Source: Squalus acanthias
Lineage: Eukaryota
Reading direction: 5' to 3'
Length of the DNA stretch: 64,000 nucleotides
NCBI GenBank assembly: GCA_030390025.1
Contig: CM059440.1
Span: 43,586,001 to 43,650,000 of the forward strand
In this document: piece by piece, positions 12,571-27,166 of the stretch
How the letters are laid out: each line of letters opens with the position of its first letter
Position numbering within the stretch: position 1 is the stretch's first letter
The notes under the pieces: model-generated
Databases searched by the model: none
Told to the model about the DNA's origin: nothing
Seen by the model: only the letters and a program-made list of their open reading frames with translations
Program-made: the position numbers and the translations under genes

Positions 12571-13135
12571 TCAGATCCATTGTCAATCACATTGTCTCAT
12601 CACATCTTTACTGTAATTCTGAAGTGTTGGCCACACGCAGTTGAGAAGTACTTGATCTGATTATAGTGCGTTCCATTTTCCTCAACTGATGTAATGATAA
12701 GAAACTGAACAAACCTGCTCCCAGAGAAAAGGAATCCCTCCTCTTTTTCAAGCAGAGGGGCCTCAGCAATCAGCATTGGAATGGATTGATGGAGACTACA
12801 ACCCTGTCACTTGATGCTTAGAACGACCCTCAGCGAAGACCAAATAATGAACTTGTGTCTCCTCCAAACAGTAAATCCGAATGCACGTTTTGAACAGACG
12901 CTTTTCCCCAGTCATAAAGGAGTTTAGGCAGACCTTCATTTTGGTTGGTTTGGGGAAGAGAAGATATGGGGCACAGGGGAAGAGATTGGAAATATAAAAG
13001 GTTGCTCTTGGAAGAACGAGACACTTGTCTTCCTGGAACTCCCCACTTCCAATCTTCCACAATGGAATGACAGAACCGCTCCGGAACCATCCATGCTTCA
13101 CCAAAAAACCAGCTTGGCTCAGGTGGCTTGGCCAG

Positions 13136-16100
13136 GACACCATCCTCATCAACACCAGACACCATCCTCATCGACATCAGACACCACCATCCTCATCAAC
13201 ACCAGACACCATCCTCATCGACACCAGACACCATCCTCATCAACACCAGACACCACCATCCTCATCAACACCAGACACCATCCTCATCGACACCAGACAC
13301 CATCCTCATCGACACCAGACACCATCCTCATCAACACCAGACACCATCCTCATCGACATCAGACACCACCATCCTCATCAACACCAGACACCATCCTCAT
13401 CGACATCAGACACCACCATCCTCATCAACACCAGACACCATCCTCATCAACACCAGACACCATCCTCATCAACACCAGACACCACCATCCTCATCAACAC
13501 CAGACACCATCCTCATCAACACCAGACACCATCCTCATCAACACCAGACACCATCCTCATCAACACCAGACAACACCATCCTCATCAACACCAGACAACA
13601 CCATCCTCATCAACACCAGACAACACCATCCTCATCAACACCAGACAACACCATCCTCATCAACACCAGACACCATCCTCATCAACACCAGACACCATCC
13701 TCATCAACACCAGACACCATCCTCATCAACACCAGACAACACCATCCTCATCAACACCAGACACCATCCTCATCGACACCAGACACCATCCTCATCGACA
13801 CCAGACACCATCCTCATCGACACCAGACACCATCCTCATCGACACCAGACACCATCCTCATCGACACCAGACACCATCCTCATCGACACCAGACACCATC
13901 CTCATCGACACCAGACACCATCCTCATCGACACCAGACAACACCATCCTCATCGACACCAGACACCATCCTCATCAACACCAGACACCATCCTCATCAAC
14001 ACCAGACACCATCCTCATCAACACCAGACACCACCATCCTCATCTACACCAGACACCACCATCCTCATCTACACCAGACACCACCATCCTCATCAACACC
14101 AGACACCATCCTCATCAACACCAGACAACACCATCCTCATCAACACCAGACAACACCATCCTCATCAACACCAGACAACACCATCCTCATCAACACCAGA
14201 CACCATCCTCATCAACACCAGACACCATCCTCATCAACACCAGACAACACCATCCTCATCAACACCAGACAACACCATCCTCATCAACACCAGACAACAC
14301 CATCCTCATCAACACCAGACACCATCCTCATCAACACCAGACAACACCATCCTCATCAACACCAGACACCATCCTCATCGACACCAGACACCACCATCCT
14401 CATCGACACCAGACACCACCATCCTCATCGACACCAGACACCATCCTCATCGACACCAGACACCATCCTCATCGACACCAGACACCATCCTCATCGACAC
14501 CAGACACCATCCTCATCGACACCAGACACCATCCTCATCGACACCAGACACCACCCTCATCAACACCAGACACCATCCTCATCAACACCAGACACCATCC
14601 TCATCAACACCAGACACCATCCTCATCAACACCAGACACCATCCTCATCAACACCAGACACCATCCTCATCAACACCAGACAACACCATCCTCATCGACA
14701 CCAAACACCATCCTCATCAAAACCAGACAACACCATCCTCATCAACATCAGACACCATCCTCATCGACACCAGACACCATCCTCATCAACACCAGACACC
14801 ATCCTCATCAACACCAGACACCATCCTCATCAACACCAGACACCATCCTCATCAACACCAGACAACACCATCCTCATCAACACCAGACAACACCATCCTC
14901 ATCAACACCAGACAACACCATCCTCATCAACACCAGACACCATCCTCATCAACACCAGACACCATCCTCATCTACACCAGACAACACCATCCTCATCTAC
15001 ACCAGACAACACCATCCTCATCTACACCAGACAACACCATCCTCATCAACATCAGACACCATCCTCATCAACACCAGACACCATCCTCATCAACATCAGA
15101 CACCATCCTCATCTACACCAGACAACACCATCCTCATCTACACCAGACAACACCATCCTCATCTACACCAGACAACACCATCCTCATCTACACCAGACAA
15201 CACCATCCTCATCTACACCAGACAACACCATCCTCATCTACATCAGACAACATCCTCATCAACACCAGACACCATCCTCATCAACATCAGGCACCATCCT
15301 CATCTACACCAGACAACACCCTCATCTACATCAGACAACACCATCCTCATCTACATCAGACAACACCATCCTCATCGACACCAGACACCATCCTCATCGA
15401 CACCAGACACCATCCTCATCGACACCAGACACCATCCTCATCGACACCAGACACCATCCTCATCGACACCAGACACCACCCTCATCAACACCAGACACCA
15501 TCCTCATCAACACCAGACACCATCCTCATCAACACCAGACACCATCCTCATCAACACCAGACACCATCCTCATCAACACCAGACACCATCCTCATCAACA
15601 CCAGACAACACCATCCTCATCGACACCAAACACCATCCTCATCAAAACCAGACAACACCATCCTCATCAACATCAGACACCATCCTCATCGACACCAGAC
15701 ACCATCCTCATCAACACCAGACACCATCCTCATCAACACCAGACACCATCCTCATCAACACCAGACACCATCCTCATCAACACCAGACAACACCATCCTC
15801 ATCAACACCAGACAACACCATCCTCATCAACACCAGACAACACCATCCTCATCAACACCAGACACCATCCTCATCAACACCAGACACCATCCTCATCTAC
15901 ACCAGACAACACCATCCTCATCTACACCAGACAACACCATCCTCATCAACATCAGACACCATCCTCATCAACATCAGACACCATCCTCATCTACACCAGA
16001 CAACACCATCCTCATCTACACCAGACAACACCATCCTCATCTACACCAGACAACACCATCCTCATCTACACCAGACAACACCATCCTCATCTACATCAGA

Positions 16101-19100
16101 CAACATCCTCATCAACACCAGACACCATCCTCATCAACATCAGGCACCATCCTCATCTACACCAGACAACACCCTCATCTACATCAGACAACACCATCCT
16201 CATCTACATCAGACAACACCATCCTCATCAACACCAGACACCATCCTCATCAACACCAGACACCATCCTCATCAACACCAGACAACACCATCCTCATCAA
16301 CACCAGACACCATCCTCATCAACATCAGACACCATCCTCATCAACACCAGACAACACCATCCTCATCAACACCAGACAACACCATCCTCATCAACACCAG
16401 ACACCATCCTCATCAACACCAGACAACACCATCCTCATCAACGCCAGACACCATCCTCATCAACACCAGACACCACCATCCTCATCGACACCACACACCA
16501 CCATCCTCATCGACACCAGACACCATCCTCATCGACACCAGACACCATCCTCATCGACACCAGACACCATCCTCATCGACACCAGACACCATCCTCATCG
16601 ACACCAGACACCATCCTCATCGACACCAGACACCACCCTCATCGACACCAGACACCATCCTCATCAACACCAGACACCATCCTCATCAACACCAGACACC
16701 ATCCTCATCAACACCAGACACCATCCTCATCAACACCAGACACCATCCTCATCGACACCAAACACCATCCTCATCAAAACCAGACAACACCATCCTCATC
16801 AACATCAGACACCATCCTCATCGACACCAGACACCATCCTCATCAACACCAGACACCATCCTCATCAACACCAGACACCATCCTCATCAACACCAGACAC
16901 CATCCTCATCAACACCAGACAACACCATCCTCATCAACACCAGACAACACCATCCTCATCAACACCAGACAACACCATCCTCATCAACACCAGACACCAT
17001 CCTCATCAACACCAGACACCATCCTCATCAACACCAGACAACACCATCCTCATCAACACCAGACAACACCATCCTCATCAATACCAGACACCATCCTCAT
17101 CAACACCAGACACCATCCTCATCTACACCAGACAACACCATCCTCATCTACACCAGACAACACCATCCTCATCTACACCAGACAACACCATCCTCATCAA
17201 CATCAGACACCATCCTCATCAACACCAGACACCATCCTCATCAACATCAGACACCATCCTCATCTACACCAGACAACACCATCCTCATCTACACCAGACA
17301 ACACCATCCTCATCTACACCAGACAACACCATCCTCATCTACACCAGACAACACCATCCTCATCTACACCAGACAACACCATCCTCATCTACATCAGACA
17401 ACATCCTCATCAACACCAGACACCATCCTCATCAACATCAGGCACCATCCTCATCTACACCAGACAACACCCTCATCTACATCAGACAACACCATCCTCA
17501 TCTACATCAGACAACACCATCCTCATCAACACCAGACACCATCCTCATCAACACCAGACAACACCCTCATCAACACCAGACAACACCATCCTCATCTACA
17601 TCAGACAACACCATCCTCATCAACACCAGACAACACCATCCTCATCAACACCAGACAACACCATCCTCATCAACACCAGACACCATCCTCATCAACACCA
17701 GACACCATCCTCATCAACACCAGACACCATCCTCATCAACACCAGACACCATCCTCATCAACACCAGACACCATCCTCATCAACACCAGACAACACCATC
17801 CTCATCCACATCAGACACCATCCTCATCGACACCAGACAACACCATCCTCATCGACATCAGACAACACCATCCTCATCCACATCAGACACCATCCTCATC
17901 AACACCAGACACCATCCTCATCAACATCAGACACCATCCTCATCAACACCAGACACCATCCTCATCAACATCAGACACCATCCTCATCAACACCAGACAC
18001 CATCCTCATCTACACCAGACAACACCATCCTCATCTACACCAGACAACACCATCCTCATCTACACCAGACAACACCATCCTCATCTACACCAGACAACAC
18101 CATCCTCATCTACACCAGACAACACCATCCTCATCTACACCAGACAACACCATCCTCATCTACACCAGACAACACCATCCTCATCTACACCAGACAACAC
18201 CATCCTCATCTACATCAGACAACATCCTCATCAACATCAGACACCATCCTCATCAACACCAGACACCATCCTCATCTACACCAGACAACACCATCCTCAT
18301 CTACATCAGACAACACCATCCTCATCAACACCAGACACCATCCTCATCAACACCAGACACCATCCTCATCAACACCAGACACCATCCTCATCTACATCAG
18401 ACAACACCATCCTCATCAACACCAGACACCATCCTCATCTACACCAGACAACACCATCCTCATCAACACCAGACACCATCCTCATCAACACCAGACACCA
18501 TCCTCATCAACACCAGACAACACCATCCTCATCAACACCAGACAACACCATCCTCATCTACATCAGACAACACCATCCTCATCTACATCAGACAACACCA
18601 TCCTCATCGACATCAGACAACACCATCCTCATCTACATCAGACAACACCATCCTCATCTACATCAGACAACACCATCCTCATCTACATCAGACAACACCA
18701 TCCTCATCTACATCAGACAACACCATCCTCATCTACATCAGACAACACCATCCTCATCTACATCAGACAACACCATCCTCATCTACATCAGACAACACCA
18801 TCCTCATCTACATCAGACACCATCCTCATCTACATCAGACAACACCATCCTCATCTACATCAGACAACACCATCCTCATCTACATCAGACAACACCATCC
18901 TCATCTACATCAGACAACACCATCCTCATCTACATCAGGCAACACCACCCTCATCTACATCAGACAACACCATCCTCATCTACATCAGACAACACCATCC
19001 TCATCTACATCAGACACCATCTCCTCATCTACATCAGACAACACCATCCTCATCTACATCAGACAACACCATCCTCATCTACACCAGACAACACCATCCT

Positions 19101-19390
19101 CATCTACATCAGACACCATCCTCATCGACATCAGACAACACCATCCTCATCTACATCAGACACCACCATCCTCATCGACATCAGACACCACCATCCTCAT
19201 CTACATCAGACAACACCATCCTCATCTACATCAGACAACACCATCCTCATCTACACCAGACAACACCATCCTCATCTACACCAGACAACACCATCCTCAT
19301 CCACATCAGACAACACCATCCTCATCTACATCAGACGACACCATCCTCATCTACATCAGACACCATCCTCATCTGCATCAGGCACCACCA
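13136..19390. repeat. ~6.25-kb minisatellite of 22/25-bp units
   Basis: Unit ACACCATCCTCATC(A/G/T)ACA(C/T)CAG with an optional 3-nt insertion. The + strand is C/A-rich and has no stop codons. Confidence 0.98.
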
Positions 19391-19489
19391 AAGCTGGCTT
19401 AGTACCGACAAACCTACTTCAGTTCTTGGTTGAAGATCCTGTAAGGAGGACTTGCATGGGTCAAAATAGTGGCCACGTGCCAAGACAGA

Positions 19490-19611
19490 GGGAGTCATTT
19501 TAACTAAACCCCGGGTCAGCCGCAACTTTACACTCCAACTCTCCGCTGACTTCAATCGGGCCGGGTGTGTCCGTCAGTTTCCCGCTGGCGGGTTAAGCTA
19601 AAATGACCCCC
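19490..19611. mobile_element. Small MITE-like element with imperfect ~22-bp terminal inverted repeats
   Basis: GGGAGTCATTTTAACTAAACCC ... GGGTTAAGCTAAAATGACCCCC. No clear TSD. Confidence 0.5.
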
Positions 19612-20007
19612 ACTGCCTCAATGGATAAAGACATGAAATGAAACATGTTCTTGACAAACTTCCTTAATGGAGGCTTCTGGTCAACACTTCACTCTGGTGC
19701 TGCCATTGACCAATGATGGTCTTCTGGGTGAAGCTGTACCTGAAGAGCTTGGTAACTGAACCAATGAAGAGAATTGAAAAGTTGCACTGATTTTTTCAGC
19801 AGTACCAGAGGATCTGCTGTGAGAGCCAGAGGCCTCCAACACTTTCTCCCCCAGCCATAGAGCGTAGACCGACCAAAACAAATATACAAAGACACCGTCA
19901 TGTTAAATTAAAAACACGCACATAACTCATAACGGCTGGAATTATTATCCAAACTACAAACGTGCCAATATATGGTTTCTAATTCAGTACTTGATAACAC
20001 TGGTTAC

Positions 20008-20091
20008 CTTGTTCCCCAGGTACTGGTGAGGCAGTCGCCAATAGAAATTGTTTTCAGGTAGGAGGCTGAAGCCCTTGTAAAGCAGAGCATA
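20008..20091 (-). CDS. HSPG2: Candidate alternative perlecan exon: YALLYKGFSLLPENNFYWRLPHQYLGNK (second copy of an L4 segment)
   Basis: 84 nt, phase 0-0, strong acceptor cctcttttcctatcccag, donor AAG/gtaacc. FYWRLP..YLGNK parallels YYWQLP..FQGDK in the 36-kb exon. Confidence 0.88.
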
Positions 20092-20395
20092 CTGGGATAG
20101 GAAAAGAGGCAGACACAAGATGAACAGAGAAAGTAAACACAGAGCAACAGTCAATGGCACATTCAAGGACATGCTTTGAAATTCCTTCCCCAGCATTGTT
20201 TCAGGAAGCAGTGCCCCCCATTCCCTGCCGATGAAACACACACGAGAGTTTCATAGAATTATTAGAAAATGCAGGGCCTTTTTAAAGCTACCAAATTATT
20301 ATAGTATATCAGAAGTTCAGTATCTTCAGTAAAGCCACATTATTCAGCAAAGGAAATACTGAACTGAGCACAAGATTAATTCAATGCCAAGAACA

Positions 20396-20500
20396 CAAGT
20401 TCTGATGAAGGGTCATCGACCTGAAATGTTGACTCTGTTTCTCTCTCCACAGATGCTGCCTGACCTGCTGAGTGTCTCCAGCATTTTCTGTTTTTATTGC
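20396..20500 (+). mobile_element. Penelope-derived terminal fragment with a hammerhead-like motif
   Basis: AGTT-CTGATGA-AGGGTCATCGACCT-GAAA-TG-TT-GACT, similar to 5868-5970. Confidence 0.75.
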
Positions 20501-22336
20501 AAGATTAATTTACCACTTTCTACCCTTTGTGGTCAGCTTAGTGTTGGACATGCACAGAAACCCAGCGATAAGCTCGAGAGTCTCCAAGCCGAACTACTGA
20601 GAGCTGTAAACTGGTCGAGTTTCTATGTGCCGGATACGGAATGCACAGCCCACTTACTGAAGCCTCGGTGCAGATTGGCAAGACCAAAGAAGCCCGGGTT
20701 GGGACTTTAGCTCAAAGCTCACAAAGTCTTCCTGCAGAGCTGTGGAAACTTTCCCACTGCTTGTCCTCCCAGGTCCTTCCTGTCCAATAGGGTATGAGGT
20801 GGTGGGACGACCTGGAGTTGAGCAGAAAGATTCCCAGCCTCCATCGAGGGCCCTGTCTCATTTTACAAATGATGGCTTTAAGAATCCAGGATATGGATAG
20901 CTTGTTGGATAAGAATAAAAGCAGATGCCAACAAGCTTCTTGTGTGGTAATCGGGATGATGAAAGATGGAAAACACTTTTCTGCCTGGTCTAAAAAATGT
21001 ATTTTTTCTGAATGGAGACCGCCCCAGGTTCTAAACATGGGTGGTGAAAGGTCACTTGGAAAAATGGTTCACTTTATTTCCCCAATTTCTCCTCCTTTTC
21101 AAATATCTTCTCATCTCTCTGCAATTTCCCAGGCTTCTGAAATCCAGGCTATTTATTATTCTAAAGTACAGTGAAAATTAACCGAAGGAGGAAATATTCC
21201 TGCCACTTACTGTGGCAATTAGAAATCGCAAGGCATGGACTGATCTTTAATCACAATTAAAGGAGTTCCCCATCTCTTTCGAAGCAGCCAGGAACTTTCA
21301 CTAAAACCGTCGCTGGGATTTTCCACTGGCAGAAACCTGGCAAACATTCCAGAGTCAACCTCATTCTTGTTAAGTTTGGCAGGCTTCCGGCAGAATTCCC
21401 ACCTGTGGCGGGGACCCCAGCGAGAAGGGGAGGTGTGACGATGTTGCAGGCCTCAGGGGCGAGTGGGGCTGCTGAATAGGAGGTCAACTTGTTTTTATGA
21501 TTTTTTTTTTTTTCTACAGGACTGGGGAAATCCAGTTAGGTTTCTTGGCTGTGCTCCATTTCCTTGCTGAAAAGCTGCCTGAAACCACCGTACCTCCTTC
21601 AGGGAACCAATAAAATGTAAATCTCCCCCTGCCTGCCAAACCAATGCTGGAATCCAATTACACCAACTGGCCTGCCTTCCATCCAGCGCTGTCAGGGCGA
21701 ACGATGGAAAATGTGATGCCCGACATCAATCCGTCATTACCACGCAATTTGAAGACGCCCGCCACATTAGGGCGGACACACCCGACAGCCAATATTATTT
21801 CCAACGGGAAGCCCTGGAAGAGACGGTGACCAGCGGAACATCTCCCGCACTCAGAACAGTTAACAGAAGAAGTGGTGTAGCAGGTCCCCTTCTCAAGGGT
21901 GTCACCCCAACTCAGTGGCTAATGAGTGCCCTCTTTCAATGATTCACAAATGGCACGGGGCAAACAGGACATCTCAAGTCCAAACATGCACTTCAGAGCC
22001 AATCACAACAAAGCCGCACACATATTAGTTCCAACTAAAACTCAAACCAAATGGGATAAAGATAAGTATAGCCAGCAGGGGATTTATCACCATGCTAAAA
22101 CCTCATGCAGAACGGCCTACATTTTGCAGTGATCTCAAGTTACTTTCTACATTATCTTACTTTGCACGCAAACATGCTGCTTTGTTGAATTTTTTAAAAT
22201 TATTTTGGGTCAGTTTACAAGGTGAATTGCGACAACAACCCACGATTGCAGGCACTTCGAAGAGTTGAGAAACTCTTGTTGACTGGGAATCTTGCCCAAA
22301 GGTCTTGAATTTGTAATCCAACAAGCAGCTTTCTGA

Positions 22337-22565
22337 TACAAAAGCAAAACTCTGCGGATGCTGGAAATCGGAATAAAACCAGACAAAGCTGGAAATACTC
22401 AGCGGGTCAGGCAGCATTTGTGGAGAGAGAAACAGAGTCAACGTTTCAGATCAATGACCCTTCGTCAGAACTGGAAAAAGGTCATCGACTGGAACCGTTG
22501 ACTCTGTTTCTCTCTCCATAGATGCTGCCTGAGCTGCTGAGTGTTTCCAGCATTTTCTGTTCTTT
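22337..22565. mobile_element. Inverted pair of Penelope terminal fragments
   Basis: A minus-strand copy (hammerhead core at ~22436-22472) is followed by a plus-strand copy of the same 3' sequence. Confidence 0.75.
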
Positions 22566-23166
22566 GGCAGCTTTCTGAAGTCATTCACATCCAAGACATG
22601 CACAAGGTCACGGAGATACTAGAATATTCCATGCACAAGCTAACCACGGCTACCTTCTCAAGGCCAGCAGGCCTTGGGCCCAACATGGAGGAAGAAATTA
22701 GGTTTGATGAGTCCTGAGCTTGCAGTGAAGGGACCCGAGGAATCTTTCTCATCTGTACGTACATGCAGAGAAAATCAATACTTAATTTCATCAATTTATA
22801 ATGGAACTGGTTTAAAAAAATGCAAATCCCCACCTCCAAACTGAGAATAACACCATGGACATTGTTTTTAAACTCCCAACCTCCTCCCTTCCCATCATGA
22901 CTCAGACACTTACACTAGCCTTCACAGTGGCTGCTCTTGTCCAAGTGATCACTCATGTGTGTGAGCCAGGACAGGGACGTTCCACAATCAATAGGACGAG
23001 GGAGGCCCAACATGAAATCCTCTGCAGCTGCCCAATTTCCAGTACAAGTAGGAGAAATCTACCCGGCTTTCCCCCCTCCCCAGACAGATGTTGCTCTGCC
23101 TGATGAAAGCACATATTCAAGATGGCGAGTAGGTAAACCCAGAGCCTTCGTGTCCTGCATCACTCC

Positions 23167-23637
23167 GCACGCACCAGGGGCCCAGCACGCACCAGGGGCC
23201 CAGCACGCACCAGCGGCCCAGCACGCACCAGCGGCCCAGCACGCACCAGCGGCCCAGCACGCACCAGGGGCCCAGCACGCACCAGCGGCCCAGCACGCAC
23301 CAGGGGCCCAGCACGCACCAGCGGCCCAGCACGCACCAGCGGCCCAGCACGCACCAGGGGCCCAGCACGCACCAGCGGCCCAGCACGCACCAGCGGCCCA
23401 GCACGCACCAGCGGCCCAGCACGCACCAGCGGCCCAGCACGCACCAGCGGCCCAGCACGCACCAGGGGCCCAGCACGCACCAGCGGCCCAGCACGCACCA
23501 GCGGCCCAGCACGCACCAGGGGCCCAGCACGCACCAGCGGCCCAGCACGCACCAGGGGCCCAGCACGCACCAGCGGCCCAGCACGCACCAGCGGCCCAGC
23601 ACGCACCAGGGGCCCAGCACGCACCAGGGGCCCAGCA
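23167..23637. repeat. 18-bp GC-rich minisatellite, ~26 copies
   Basis: Unit GCACGCACCAG(C/G)GGCCCA. Confidence 0.97.
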
Positions 23638-23759
23638 TGGGGCACGATCAAGATTTACTTTCTTTATGCCCAAGGCTGATGGCTAGATTTCAATTCAAAA
23701 TTTCAAGTGATCAAGATTTTGCAAAATTTTGATTACAAAAACTATTCGGATAAACTTAC

Positions 23760-25770
23760 ACTGGCACATGTAATCCTAACATTCACCACCAGATCTGGCT
23801 GGACCACGTAAAGCACTGTCGGGTCTTGCTCTCGTCTGCCAAAATTGCTCACTATTCCAGAATCATTTTGGAATGCAAAGATAAACCCCAGCTTCTTTTC
23901 TCCATTGCTAACCGTCTTCTTAAACCCCTCTCCCGACAACAAGCGTGAGGAGCTCATGGACTTCTTTGTCTCTAAGATTGAGACCATCCGTTCAGCTGCC
24001 TTTGCCACTTCCCTTCCTTCCCCTAGCCCACCGGGGCAAACTTCCTCTAAGGTTCCCCCCTGCCCTAGTCCTGAACTCACATCTTTCTCCAGTTTCGCTC
24101 CGATCTCCCCTCATGACCTCTCCGCACTCATCATGTCCATGAGACCCACTTTCTGCTCCCTCGACCCTATTCCCACTAAACTGACCACCCAACTTCCTTT
24201 TCTGGCTCCCATGTTAACTGATATTGTTAACGGTTCTCTCTCCTCAGGTACTGTCCCCCTCTCCCTCAAATCTGCTATCATCACCCCTCTCCTCAAAAAA
24301 ACAACCCTTGACCCCTCCGTCCTTGCAAACTACCGCCCCATCTCCAACCCCCCTTTCCTCTCCAAAGTCTTTGAACGTGTTGTCGCCTCCCAAATCCGTG
24401 TCCATCTTTCTCGCAACTCCTGTTTGAATCCCTCCAATCAGGTTTCTGCCCCTGCCACAGTACCAAAACGGCTCTCATTAAAGTCACAAATGACATCCTC
24501 TGTGACTGTGACAAAGGTAAACTATCCCTCCTTGTCCTTCTCGACCTGTCTGCAGCCTTTGACACGGTTGACCACTCCATCCTCCTCCAACGCCTCTCCA
24601 CCATCGTCCAGCTGGGTGGGACAGCACTCGCCTGGTTCCATTCTCATCTATCTAATCGTAGCCAGAAAATCACCTGCAATGACTTCTCTTCCCACTCCCA
24701 CATCGTTACCTCTGGTGTCCCCGAAGGAGGTATCCTTGGCCCCCTCCTATTTCTCATCTACATACTGCCCCTTGGAGACATCATCCAGAAAACACAGCGT
24801 CAGTTCCTACATGTACGCTGACGACACCCAGCTCTACCTCACCACTACTTCTCTCGATCCCTCCACGGTTTCTAAATTGTCAGACTGATTGTCCAATATC
24901 CAGTACTGGATGAGCAGAAATTTTCTCCAATTAAACATTGGGAAGACTGAAGCCGTTGTTTTCGGTCCCCGCCACAAACTCTGTTCCCTTGCCACTGACT
25001 CCATCCCTCTCCCTAACATCTGTCTGAGGCTGAACCACACTGTTCGCAATCTTGGCATCATATTTGACCCTGAAATGAGCTTCCGACCACATATTCATGG
25101 CATAACTAAGACCGCCTATTTCCACCTCCGTAACATCGCCCGTCTCCGCCCTTGCCTCAGCTCATCTGCTGCTGAAACCCTCATCCATGCCTTTGTTACC
25201 TCTAGACTTGACTATTCCAACGCACTCCAGGCTGGCCTCCCACATTCTACCCTACGTAAACTTGAGGTCATCCAAAACTCGGCTGCCCGTGTCCTAACTC
25301 GCACCAAATCCCGTTCACCCATCGCTCCTGTGCTCGCTGACCTACATTGGCTCCCGGTTAAGCAACGCCTCGATTTCAAAATTCTCATCCTTGTTTTCAA
25401 ATCCCTCCATGGCCTCGTCCCTCCCTATCTCTGTAATCTCCTCCAGCCCCGCAACCCCCCCCCACACCCCCTGAGATATCTGCGCTCCTCTAATTCTGCC
25501 CTCTTGAGCATCTCTGATGATAATCGCTCCACCATTGGTGGCCGTGCCTTCTGTTGCCTAGGCCCTAAACTCTGGAATCCCTTCCCTAAACCTCTCCGCC
25601 TCCCTAACTCTCTCTCCTCCTTTAAGATGCTCCTTAAAACCTACCTCTTTGACCAAGCTTTTGGTCATCTGCCTTAATTTCTCCTTATGTGGCTCGGTGT
25701 CAAATTTTCTGTTTTATAATACTCCTGTGCAGCGCCTTAGGACGTTTTACTACGTTAAAGGCGCTATATT
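23760..25770 (+). mobile_element. L2 LINE, 5'-truncated, with frameshifted RT
   Basis: LDPIPT, NYRPISN, YADDTQLY, SRLDYSN and LHWLPV motifs; tail AAAGGCGCTATAT. Confidence 0.92.
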
Positions 25771-26304
25771 GCTGTTGCAATATTTACAGTGACTTTCTTT
25801 GTATTTGGCTAATCCTCCTCTAACCAAAAGGGCAGAAAAATCTGTGGACATGTCTGCAGCCCCTCAGTGAAGAGATCCTTCCCCGATTCATTCAATGGCA
25901 CGTATAAATAAGAAGTTTCATTAACCCAACTGAAGGCAGTCACCTGGGCAGCATCAGGCTCATCATGCCACGGACTGGTCATGCAACACTTGCCCCTCCT
26001 CTGCTGTATCTAAGGTCTCAATCGAGGCTGCAGCTCGAGTCTAACACCATGACCAGTAACATGCATTACCGTGGCAAATCACTGATAAAAATTTGGCAAA
26101 GACAAACTTTTTCCTGTTGTGCTGACTAAGGCACAAATGGCCGTCAACAATAGAAGGAAAAGAACTGCAGCTATCACGAGCATTTATGTAAGGAAATTGG
26201 GTACACACACAGAACTCCCAGCGTACAAATCAGAAATTCTTATTTAGGACGTATCAGCACGTTGTCCCGCTGAAGGAAGTTAACACATAAACATCACCAC
26301 AGAT

Positions 26305-26705
26305 TGATACAGCACAGGAGGCCATTTGGCCCATCATGTCTGTGCTGGCTCTTTGAAAGAGCTCTCCAATTAGTTCCACTTCCTTGCCCTTTCTCTCCCC
26401 CCCCCCCCCCCGCCCCCAAACCACTACAAATTTTTCCCCTTCAAGTATATATCCAATTCCCTTTTGAAAGTTATTGCTTCCACCACCCTTTCAGGCAGCG
26501 CGTTCCAGATCACATCTCACTGTGTAAAAGAATTCTCATCTCATCTCTGGTCCTTTTGCCAATTACCTTCAATCTGTGTCCTCTGGTTACTGGCCCTTCT
26601 GCCACTGGAAACAGTTTCTCCTCATTTACTCGATCAAAACCCTTCATAATTTTGAACATCTCTATTAAATCTCCCCTTAACCTTCTCTGCTCTCAGGAGA
26701 ACTAG
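26305..26705 (-). mobile_element. CR1 LINE 3' fragment
   Basis: Similar to 6903-7268. Confidence 0.85.
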
Positions 26706-27034
26706 AAAAACACCAGGAGGCATCAGACACCTTCATACAAACCCAACGCCATCCACCCCAAGCCTCAGCTGCTGAAGAAACCTCCAGGCTGACTACTGAA
26801 TCATGCTCGCCCCCCTCACAAGGCTGTCACCACAACTCAATGGGCGAATGAGAGCACCTTGCCTCCACCTCTCCCACCTGATGTAATGTTTTCCTGACTA
26901 ACCTGTTTGGACACCATCCACACCTTTCATTGCCGTGATTGTCTCTCTGCCGAGGTGTGATAAAGGGCAGTTAGAAAGATTAACTGTAATCATCTGGCAG
27001 TGTTCTCTGACTATATATGCTGTGCCTATATACA

Positions 27035-27166
27035 TCTCTTCACTTCACCTGACGAAGGAGCAGCGCTCCGAAAGCTTGTGATTTCAAATAAAGCTGTTGG
27101 ACTATAACCTGGTGTTGTGCGACTTCTCACATTTGTCCACCCCAGTCCAACACCGGCACCTCCACA
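27035..27166 (+). mobile_element. Short Penelope-type terminal fragment (second family) with a minimal hammerhead at 27045-27081
   Basis: TCAC-CTGACGA-A-GGAGC AGC GCTCC-GAAA-GC-TT-GTGA, followed by AATAAA. The Penelope assignment is inferred from this motif. Confidence 0.65.

Noticed and set aside
13025-19503. Three ORFs of >2100 aa (His/Thr/Pro-rich)
   Set aside because: All three + frames are open because the 22/25-bp unit lacks stop codons. The unit lengths are not multiples of 3 and the ORFs are antisense in an intron.
22955-23686. AQHAPA/GACWAP repeat ORFs on both strands
   Set aside because: Explained by the 18-bp minisatellite; no convincing splice sites.
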